From Alphaproteobacteria bacterium (lineage in GTDB: Bacteria; Pseudomonadota; Alphaproteobacteria; Caedimonadales; UBA9215): 64,000 bases of DNA. Below are positions 56,711-64,000 of the stretch, piece after piece. The notes below the pieces were generated by a model. The model was not told the DNA's origin. It saw nothing but the letters and a program-made list of their open reading frames with translations, and searched no databases. The position numbers and the translations under genes were made by a program. The stretch lies in the NCBI GenBank assembly GCA_024281375.1, contig JAJSAD010000096.1, positions 32,867 through 96,866 of the forward strand, given 5' to 3'. Positions within the stretch are counted from its first letter, which is position 1. Each line of letters starts with the position of its first letter.

Positions 56711-57214
56711 CTATAGCTTATCTTTTGAAGCGATTATTAATTCATTGAAATGAGCTTTGAGCTCTCTTTTCATATGTTTAACCCGGATTTTTTTACCATC
56801 TTGAGTTGCAATTGTTCCTTTAACGACTGTTCGCTTTAAGCTATTGTGATCCAAATTCAAAGCAGATAGATCATCACCAGAGATATAAAATCGTTGGCTG
56901 TTTTTAGGAAGAATTGTGAAGTCTTCAGGTGATTCTGCAATATTACCAAAGAAAATTCTATGCATTTGGTTGAAATTGCTTTTAATGGAAAAATGGTTAT
57001 CGATATATACTGGAAGCAAACCACGATTTTGAACCTCAATGAACAAGTGTGTGGCAAATGGCTCGCCATCACTAAACGAATAAGAGACCCTCATTAATTT
57101 TGCGCGTGCCTTTGTTTTATTTTGTCGAACTGCCACTACAGAAACCAAAAAAGTAGCTAAAACACCTAGCGCTAATAAGGAATGTTGGTAACTTTCAAAA
57201 AATGCTTCCACCAT
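56711..57214 (-). CDS. hypothetical single-pass membrane protein
   Basis: 167 aa with N-terminal helix LLALGVLATFLVSVVAV followed by a beta-rich-looking domain. Starts 4 nt after the upstream gene. Confidence 0.4.
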   Translation of the reverse strand: MVEAFFESYQHSLLALGVLATFLVSVVAVRQNKTKARAKLMRVSYSFSDGEPFATHLFIEVQNRGLLPVYIDNHFSIKSNFNQMHRIFFGNIAESPEDFTILPKNSQRFYISGDDLSALNLDHNSLKRTVVKGTIATQDGKKIRVKHMKRELKAHFNELIIASKDKL

Positions 57215-57218
57215 ATTA

Positions 57219-57608
57219 TTATAACCTCACATCACTCAAAAGGTATTGTATTAGTGCAAAAAACCATATAATCCCTAACTTGAAAATTAAATCAAATCCA
57301 GGGTATATAAAAATTGATGCTGACATGATAAATAAGGATAAAGCTGCAGAGTGAAATATAATTTGACGTTTTTGATCGGTCATTGCCCTTACATGCACAT
57401 TGTATTTTTTTGTGAAAAAATACAATACGACAAAATAAGTGGCGTACAGCACTATAATTCTTCCAGCTTCACCGCGGCTTCCAAAATCAAAACGTAAATC
57501 ATGGTATCCAAAAAGAAGAACGTCTTTTTGGCTTTTTATCCAAGTAGATAAGTAAAAAAGAAGCGGAGACCATAATATAAATATGGGTGACTTCAATATA
57601 TTTAACAT
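57219..57608 (-). CDS. hypothetical 4-TM membrane protein
   Basis: About 129 aa from ATG 57608 (TTG 57620 in the track), with four hydrophobic segments. Confidence 0.4.
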   Translation of the reverse strand: MLNILKSPIFILWSPLLFYLSTWIKSQKDVLLFGYHDLRFDFGSRGEAGRIIVLYATYFVVLYFFTKKYNVHVRAMTDQKRQIIFHSAALSLFIMSASIFIYPGFDLIFKLGIIWFFALIQYLLSDVRL

Positions 57609-57828
57609 AACATTTTCCAAAAAGATGTTTATTATTTTATTTTAACAAAAATTTATTAAATAACTGTTAACGTTGTAAAGTCTCCTCATAGTAGGTATTG
57701 GACCGTGATCTGTGCTGTGAACCACCATAATGATTTCAAAACACACCTTTAGGCCTTACATAGCAAGGATTTACGAGGTTTTTCTCTTATCCGACAAAAC
57801 AGAAGCTGCGACAAGCAGCATAACCGTT

Positions 57829-58551
57829 CTACTTTTGAGCCCCCGTATAAATGGGGGGATTACCGTTCTCCCACCACATAAAGGGTATATCTAAATTTAT
57901 TAATTCATCCTTTCGTTCTTTTGAAAAAATAGAACTATAAATTTCTTTATATATATTGTCGTCTGGATCAACTTGCAAGATTTCTTCGAGTGTAGCACAG
58001 CCTGATCGTGCATAGAATTCTTTCCCTGATAAATACCCTGGAAAAATTGAGTTATAAATTTTCTCGTAAGAACTCTCCCTATCTCGGTGCTGTTCTAGAA
58101 TATTCATAATTCTATAAATCCTTGGCCTTAAAGATTTATAAAGAATACCAATGTAGTAAAAATACATCAAATACGCTGTTAAAATTCTTAGGGCAAAAAA
58201 GACGCTCCACTGATTTATCTCAATTAGAGAGTGATTTAACAAGACTTTGCTATCTACACATAGAAGCCTTTTTTTACCTCCCACTCCCATTTCTTCCCTT
58301 CTCATGCGCATGAGATCACAGTCTTGAGATTCAAAATCCTTCAGTTGAAGATTATGCCAACGAACCATTGTTCCCATAAAACTTCCTAACTTATGTACTG
58401 ATATATCATTTGCTTCTAAAAGTGCTGGCATGTCAGCAACAACTGACATTGCAAAGTTAGTTTCTAGCAAACTAAGGTCTTCAAGCGTTGCATTCTTTAA
58501 ATAAGTTTCAAAGAATTTTAACCTTGATCTGGTTCTAAAATATTGAAACAT
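57829..58551 (-). CDS. hypothetical protein
   Basis: 240-aa ORF with one central hydrophobic stretch (WSVFFALRILTAYLMYFYYIGILY). No recognisable family. Confidence 0.35.
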   Translation of the reverse strand: MFQYFRTRSRLKFFETYLKNATLEDLSLLETNFAMSVVADMPALLEANDISVHKLGSFMGTMVRWHNLQLKDFESQDCDLMRMRREEMGVGGKKRLLCVDSKVLLNHSLIEINQWSVFFALRILTAYLMYFYYIGILYKSLRPRIYRIMNILEQHRDRESSYEKIYNSIFPGYLSGKEFYARSGCATLEEILQVDPDDNIYKEIYSSIFSKERKDELINLDIPFMWWENGNPPIYTGAQK

Positions 58552-58613
58552 CCTCTTATGTCCTAAAAAATGAGCCGCATATTCAAGTATATCAAAATTT
58601 TATTAAGTAACTG

Positions 58614-59177
58614 TTAATTTTGCATAATTTCCTCATAATATCCTTTCCAGGAGTCGCCCATTTTGGCCCTAAGTTTTTCCTGTTCCTGAGGTAGTAGTTT
58701 TTTGAAAGCATGTCGGAACATGATGCCTTCTCGAAGGTAGTCAAAGTGGCGTTGGCTGAGGGAGTAGTTGGTTTGTTGGGGAAAGAAGTACCAGAGGCTG
58801 GCTCCGCTGAGAAGGCTTCCAAGGCAAAAGGCTACGCAGATATACAGACTCGTTTTTTTAAGTTTTCGCTCTTGGTATTGGTGGGAGGACTTAAGCTCTT
58901 GCATGAGCCCATCCAGGCTTCCAGAAAGCTTTAAAAACTGTTTTGAAAGAGACGTCGTCATCAAGCCCACCAATTCAGGGTGTGATGCTTTTGTGGTCTC
59001 ACGGATTGTTTCCTCAAGGGTTTTTCGACAGCCATTCAGCTCACTAACTTCGTCTTGAAGGGATATTTTCAACCCAGCCAGCTCTTTTTTAAGCTGGATC
59101 GTTTCATCAATTTTATTTTGAAAAATTGTCGTGTTGCGATCGAATTTTCGCAGGGCGTCTTTGAGGTCTGTTTCCAT
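58614..59177 (-). CDS. hypothetical coiled-coil protein with one TM segment
   Basis: 187 aa. The N-terminal ~100 aa are heptad-like, followed by TSLYICVAFCLGSLLSGASLWYFF. Lies immediately downstream of traD. Confidence 0.4.
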   Translation of the reverse strand: METDLKDALRKFDRNTTIFQNKIDETIQLKKELAGLKISLQDEVSELNGCRKTLEETIRETTKASHPELVGLMTTSLSKQFLKLSGSLDGLMQELKSSHQYQERKLKKTSLYICVAFCLGSLLSGASLWYFFPQQTNYSLSQRHFDYLREGIMFRHAFKKLLPQEQEKLRAKMGDSWKGYYEEIMQN

Positions 59178-59188
59178 AAAAAGGCTCC

Positions 59189-60391
59189 TTAGTTTTTTAG
59201 ATCAAATGAGGGATGAAGGGATTTGCGCTCGTGATAGTGCATCTTTAATTTTGAGATGGGGAATTTCCCAGGGAGCTTGAGGTAACAGGTGAGGTCTGGC
59301 AGTAGGGCCACTTCCGTTGGGAGCACAAGGCGCCGTCTGCTCTTTTGCTTATTTAGGGAAATACCATCACGCATTTGGTGTGCTCCATAAGAAAGACTTT
59401 CTTTGGCTTCCTCTATTTCTTCCTCCCCCAGCCATTTTGAAATTTGCTCACAGGCTTGGGATTCTTCGCTCCTAAAAAAGAACTTCGTGTTAAACAGGTT
59501 GAGAATTGTTTTAGAGCCATTGTGGCCGTAAATTTCGTCAAACTGGGACATGCTCTGAAGACCCGCAAACAGGCAGGCCCCATATTTGCGCCCTTTGGAG
59601 AGGAGGGCCTGAAGAGACTGTAACTTCTGAATGGCTGGGAGCTCATCCATGATAAACCAAACCCGCCTCGTTTGTGATTCACTCTGTGACATGAGGAGTG
59701 TGGCCGTGGAATTAAACACAGCGGCTATGAGGGGGTTCAACGTATGAAGCATATCCTCATTAGCCGTCACGAAAATCCAGTTTTCTTTGGTCTCGTCCCT
59801 GATCCAATCTGAAATAGAAAACCCCTTATCACCCCTTCCTAGATGTTTTAAAAACTGAACACTGCTGCTAAGAGTTGACCTGAAACTTAAGGTTGTTCGC
59901 TCACCTGCTGGATCCGCAAAAGGATAGGCATCGGTTCCCCAGAAAAAAGCTCCAAACTCTTTTAAGGAGGATTTAATCAAAATTCGGTGAAGTTCTTTGG
60001 GTGAAATATCCCGCTGTTGTGCTTTTTGAAGCCCGACGGAAAAGAGCTTCGCTGATCCGTTTTGCCACAGAGGATCTGAATGTTCTCCGTTCTTGGGCAC
60101 AATAGATTTTGCAAGATGATCAAACTGATATTCATGGGAACATTCATGGACGATGTCCCAATTTGACGAACGTTCATCAAAGGGATTGATAATAATATCG
60201 CCCCGATCAGGGTTGTAATATTTTGAAATAATATCTCCTGTGGTATCGATCACGAGGGCGCGTTGTGTTGCCTTGGCTATTTGAGGCAGAAGATCATTAT
60301 AGAGATTTGTTTTACCAGAACCGGTGGTTCCAACGGCGAGGATATGTTTTGTCTCAGAGTCTTTAATAAGGGGGAGTTTTTCAATGGTCAA
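59189..60391 (-). pseudogene. traD: F-type TraD / type IV coupling protein, N-terminally truncated
   Basis: VGTTGSGKT Walker A lies 20 aa from the start, and WFIMDELP is the Walker B. No TM region. The frame closes 16 codons upstream. The TTG start overlaps the TGA of the traG fragment. Confidence 0.7.
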
Positions 60392-61293
60392 ATGGGATGC
60401 CTTTTGATGGGGTTGATTGTTTTTTTCTCTGCATGATCAATTTTGTTTTGCACAATATCTCGCCCTGTTTTGTTAATGGTAGGAACATCTGATAGGAATC
60501 TTTGGATTTCTCCCTTATTCAACACATGATCGATATTGCCAACCCTTGCACGCAATATTTCTTCTTTCCCCTTCATAAAACCAGTCTTCAGGCCATCAAC
60601 TTCTTGCCCTCCCTTGTTTAAGAACGGTACAATATCAGCCTTAGACAACCCTGTTTGTTTAGATACATAATTAAGGAAGGGATCATTTTCATTTGCCGTA
60701 CTTCCCACATGGTTTTGTTGCGCAATAGACCTTGAAGCCACTGCTTCATTAAAGAAGTTCTGATTGCCCATGGAGACATTGCCATCGGCAGCTTCTCCAG
60801 AAAACTTACCCGAAAGGCCTTGAAGGCCTGAGGTTAATCCGCCAACAATTGTGGACATCACATAGGGGGAACCACTCACAACACCCCATGCTAAGACGGG
60901 CACCATGAGTTGCATTCCTGCTACCCAGGAGCCTACAGACCAAGCTGCATCTGAACGCCCCGATATTGTGGCGATTGTGAAACCTTCAATTCCTTGCAAA
61001 GCATCTTCGGAAGATTTCTTAAGCCAAAACAAAGAAAGGGAATTAAGCATTGACGATAACACGGGCCAAAGCTGGAAACTGAATATCAGTTTTACAAATA
61101 ACCAAAATTTAGTGATCCCCCCTGGCATAAAATAAAACCCAACAATCACAACAAAAAGCATGCATAACAAACCGATCATGGTGGCTTGAAGAAGAGGCAT
61201 AGTTACTGAGGACGTGAAGGCGCTCATCATGCCGGTCATACCTTGAGTTTCAAGGGCCCTTGCAGCATTCATGGAAACAAGTTCTGGGTGCAA
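60388..61293 (-). pseudogene. traG: F-type TraG (TraG_N-like) internal fragment
   Basis: 301 aa with several TM helices (LLCMLFVVIVGFYF, FSFQLWPVLSSML, MQLMVPVLAWGV), against ~900 aa for full-length TraG. Position between traN and traD matches F-type order. Confidence 0.5.
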
Positions 61294-61315
61294 ACGTGGG
61301 TATAAAGGGTATCCA

Positions 61316-61582
61316 TTAAATAGCTCCTTCCAGATCGTAGTTAGCCCGCATCTCGTCTTCCTTTGAACGAATGAGCTTATCGATCATCCAGATTTCACGA
61401 CCATCCAGGGTTGCCATTTTTTGTTGAAGGCGTGTTCTGGCTAGCTCTAGACGTTTCTTAAACTCTTGAGTGACGGTGGTATCAAATTGAACGGACTCTA
61501 AAACAGAAACGGCTTGTAAAACTTCTGCCGCAGCTTCCTCAAATTGCTTTAAGAGGATCGTCTTCCGTGAACCGGAAATCAT
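61316..61582 (-). CDS. hypothetical coiled-coil ORF, uncertain
   Basis: 88-aa ORF overlapping the end of the traN fragment in another frame. No family recognised. Confidence 0.2.
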   Translation of the reverse strand: MISGSRKTILLKQFEEAAAEVLQAVSVLESVQFDTTVTQEFKKRLELARTRLQQKMATLDGREIWMIDKLIRSKEDEMRANYDLEGAI

Positions 61583-61868
61583 GTTCTAGGCATTCCCGTT
61601 GACTATTAATGACCGCTGAGCCTGTTTTGTTTTCAGGATCATGGATCATGCCTGTGGCGGCATCCCCCATTTTATGAAAGTTGTCTCGGTAATCTCTTTC
61701 TGGAACATTTTGCCCTTTATAAAAGGGAACGTCGTCAGTGTTTAAGGACTCAGGCCCTTGAATTATATTCCCGCCAAAACTTTTACCATCGGCATAAGAA
61801 AGTTTGTCATTTGCGAGGGAAGGGAGAGGAAAAGATAAAACAATAATAAGCGCTGCAAACTGATTCAT
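61539..61868 (-). pseudogene. traN: F-type TraN N-terminal fragment (109 aa of ~600)
   Basis: Signal peptide, then SYADGKSFGGNIIQGPESLNTDDVPFYKG, resembling the start of F TraN as I recall it. The Cys-rich body is absent. Confidence 0.45.
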
Positions 61869-62557
61869 CCTTGTGCATCCCTTCTCTTTTGAAGCAGGGC
61901 TTTTGCGGGCTCTACCAACTCCCCTTCTATAGCAAATAATTCAAGGGCAGACCTCACAGAGACATTACCCGTGACCTTGTCATAGGGGCCTTGAATGTCA
62001 CCGTCTTTGATTTCCGTTAACACAAAGGTCGGGATGCGTTTAACGTCAAATCGTTCAAATAAGGTTGGGTCAATATCAATGGGAATGCTAAGCTCTCTCA
62101 TGCGCTTTTGTGTTTCTTTGAAAGAGTTATTAACGAGCCCCTGGATCACAAGGTTAGCACCCAGATCTTTGGCTTGTTGGGAAAGGGTCTTGAGGGTTTT
62201 ATCTGGAAGGGAAAGGCTCACAAGAATATAGAGCCCACTATCTCCTTGATATCGTGCTTTTGGAATATCTGATCCCATCTTTGCTGTACGACAGGTTTTG
62301 CCATATTCTTTAGGTTGAAGAACCTCATTTCTTTTTAAAATAGGCTCCTTTTTTGTGTCATCGAATCCAAAGAAAGACGGATACTTTTGATTCTTTGTGC
62401 TTTCGATAAACCGTCGAGCTTCACCTATAGAAGCATCCCGTTGGGGAACAGACTCGCGCGCGATTTCTTGGGCCATACGCGTATAGTCTGTAGCTTGAAC
62501 AGGTAAAAAATTGAAAATCAGTCCAACAAAAACCCTTGACGTAAACTTGTTAAACAT
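61865..62557 (-). CDS. trbC: F-type pilus assembly protein TrbC
   Basis: LYILVSLSLPDKTLKTLSQQAKDLGANLVIQGLVNNSFKET...IDIDPTLFERFDVKRIPTFVL parallels F TrbC. The ATG at 62557 is preferred over the track's longer ORF. Confidence 0.75.
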   Translation of the reverse strand: MFNKFTSRVFVGLIFNFLPVQATDYTRMAQEIARESVPQRDASIGEARRFIESTKNQKYPSFFGFDDTKKEPILKRNEVLQPKEYGKTCRTAKMGSDIPKARYQGDSGLYILVSLSLPDKTLKTLSQQAKDLGANLVIQGLVNNSFKETQKRMRELSIPIDIDPTLFERFDVKRIPTFVLTEIKDGDIQGPYDKVTGNVSVRSALELFAIEGELVEPAKALLQKRRDAQG

Positions 62558-62589
62558 GTTATGCTTGTTATATAAAATGGAGATTAGAT

Positions 62590-62814
62590 GTGACAACCCT
62601 TGGTATCCGCATTCCCGATGAGATGCAAAAAACACTGGATGGCATTTGTTCTTTAAGCAAAAGGTCAAAGACGTCCATCGTGAAAGAAATCCTCGAAGAC
62701 CACCTTCAAGATGTACACGACTATTATATGACCCTAGAAGCTTTTGATCGTCACCAAAAATCTGGAGGAAAAACAACCTCCTTAAAGGATATAAAAGAAG
62801 AAAATGGTCTCTAA
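62590..62814 (+). CDS. ribbon-helix-helix antitoxin (RelB/ParD-like), copy 1
   Basis: 74 aa: LGIRIPDEMQKTLDGICSLSKRSKTSIVKEILEDHL. Overlaps the downstream relE-like start by 11 nt. Confidence 0.7.
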   Translation: MTTLGIRIPDEMQKTLDGICSLSKRSKTSIVKEILEDHLQDVHDYYMTLEAFDRHQKSGGKTTSLKDIKEENGL

Positions 62815-63080
62815 ACCCAAATGGCGTATTGAATTTTCTCAGGAATCCCGAAAACTTTTTAGGAAACTTGATAAGCCCATAAAAAAACGTATTAGTGACT
62901 ACCTTGAAAATAAAGTTGCGTTTCTCGATAATCCCAAAGACCTTGGAAGGAAACTTTAAAGGATTTTGGTGTTACCGTGTGGCACGTGATTATAGGGTCA
63001 TGTGTGATATACAAAATGATACACTCGTTTTTTTGGTTGTTCTTCTTGGACATAGAAAAAATATTTATGACACGCATTAA
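62804..63080 (+). pseudogene. RelE/ParE-family toxin with a 1-nt frameshift near 62957
   Basis: Frame 1 reads MVSKPKWRIEFSQESRKLFRKLDKPIKKRISDYLENKVAFLDNPKDLGRKL-stop. Frame 2 continues KGFWCYRVARDYRVMCDIQNDTLVFLVVLLGHRKNIY. Deleting one T of the CTTT run restores a ~91-aa RelE. Confidence 0.75.
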
Positions 63081-63112
63081 TTTGCCCTTTAAAAACTTCA
63101 AGAGATCCTGAG

Positions 63113-63346
63113 ATGAAAATTGAAATTCCAGACGCCCTTGTCGACGAGTTAATCCGACTAAGTAAAAAGGCGGATAAAACGCCAGAGCGTGTTGTGCATG
63201 AAGCTCTTGCTGAACACCTAGAAGATTTAGATGATTATTTTTGTGCCCTTGAGGCCATCGAGGAAAATAAAAAGGCTGGCGGGAAGACCTACACATTGGA
63301 AGAAGTAAAAAAAGAGCTAGGTCTTGAGGACGAAGATATTTCATAA
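63113..63346 (+). CDS. ribbon-helix-helix antitoxin, copy 2 (orphan; no toxin gene follows)
   Basis: 77 aa: KIEIPDALVDELIRLSKKADKTPERVVHEALAEHLEDLDDYFCALEAIEENKKAGGKT. Parallels copy 1 (EILEDHLQDVHDYYMTLEAFDRHQKSGGKT). Confidence 0.65.
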   Translation: MKIEIPDALVDELIRLSKKADKTPERVVHEALAEHLEDLDDYFCALEAIEENKKAGGKTYTLEEVKKELGLEDEDIS

Positions 63347-63521
63347 TAAGCAGCAGTCCCTTTTTCGCCAAATGAGATACCCAAAGTCTTCCCCTTGGAA
63401 GGGATATTCATGACCTGGTTGCCAGAACATTTCCGTCGCGCCAAAGGCGGACGTACTGCATAGCAGTAGAGTGAGCCGTTTATTTTTCATCTTTAATCTC
63501 CTTTAAAGTTCTGACGGCCAC

Positions 63522-63788
63522 TTAGCCACGGGATAGGATTTTCCACCCCAGGGAAAATTTCTTTTGCGTCGTAACGGGGCTTTTGCTCTTGCCAAAATAA
63601 GACAGGAATTTCCCTTCAATAATGAGTTCGTTTTTTGAGCGATCTATATGGGCTTTCTCAGGATAAAAGGCTGTGCTGATGTTGTCTTTCTTTAAGGACT
63701 TTGCGGTGGCCTCAAGGTCTTTATAATTTAATTGCTTATCAATTATTATATTTTGAGTTGGAAAATAAAATAAGGGTATCCTATTCAT
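63522..63788 (-). CDS. hypothetical protein
   Basis: 88-aa ORF only. No family recognised. Confidence 0.2.
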   Translation of the reverse strand: MNRIPLFYFPTQNIIIDKQLNYKDLEATAKSLKKDNISTAFYPEKAHIDRSKNELIIEGKFLSYFGKSKSPVTTQKKFSLGWKILSRG

Positions 63789-63854
63789 TCAGGCGTTCTT
63801 AAAACCTATAAAGTTCTAGTTGCTCTACTTCTATGTCATTTTTTTAAAAAAAGT

Positions 63855-63896
63855 GCCCAGGTGATGTACTGATTAAACAAGAAACATCACCTGGGC
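63855..63896 (-). terminator. strong hairpin, probable Rho-independent terminator for a minus-strand transcript entering from the right edge
   Basis: A perfect 13-bp stem GCCCAGGTGATGT / ACATCACCTGGGC with a 16-nt loop. On the minus strand it is followed by ACTTTTTTT. Confidence 0.5.
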
Positions 63897-64000
63897 CAGT
63901 CAGGGTGGAAAACAGTCACGGGGTTACAAGCCGGCTGTATTTCCTATTTGCACCCCATAAAACAGGGGAAAAATAGGGTGCAAAACTATTGGCACTGGCT

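Noticed and set aside
44592-57711. Motif AGATCACGGT(C) seen at 44592-44603, 56052-56063 and inverted at 57701-57711, apparently flanking the three-gene cassette
   Set aside because: A 10-11-mer recurring two or three times in 64 kb (both strands) is expected by chance (hundreds of such pairs). No extended similarity surrounds the matches.
62892-63371. 159-aa minus-strand ORF
   Set aside because: It overlaps, in antisense, the relE pseudogene and the second RHH antitoxin, both of which have recognisable family patterns.

Overview
64-kb AT-rich bacterial chromosome segment. The conserved genes and the mix of F-type tra remnants with a Ti-type traA suggest an intracellular alphaproteobacterium (Rickettsiales/Holosporales-like). 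That placement is inference only. Layout: (1) 1-16.6 kb holds core genes (gpmI, DEAD-box RNA helicase, ETF-ubiquinone oxidoreductase, tRNA-Leu, tig, clpP, uvrA), interleaved with six ORFan signal-peptide proteins and several small repeat elements. (2) 16.7-20.95 kb is a mosaic junction. It carries a duplicated promoter plus 5' fragment of a wHTH regulator, a ~1,220-codon Upf1/DNA2-like SF1 helicase broken by one in-frame TAG, and an orphan 3' half of tRNA-Thr, all bracketed by a ~60-bp direct repeat. (3) 20.96-44.5 kb is a single-strand, tightly packed ~21-gene surface-glycan operon. It is built around a legionaminic-acid-type nonulosonic acid pathway, with amidino/formyl/methyl tailoring genes and an unusual distal block, headed by an MsbA-like ABC exporter. 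(4) 44.7-46.8 kb holds the full-length wHTH regulator, an SRPBCC protein and a GNAT/DUF1778 toxin-antitoxin pair. (5) 47.06-49.26 kb is an apparently intact group II intron. (6) 49.4-63.4 kb is a decayed conjugative element: a Ti-type TraA relaxase-helicase-primase, cargo genes, F-type traD/traG/traN/trbC remnants and RelBE-like modules. The most striking pattern is that at least four, possibly six, accessory genes are interrupted by single in-frame stop codons (TAG, TGA, TAA) with the frame preserved across them, while all core genes are intact. No rRNA, CRISPR array or integrase was seen.
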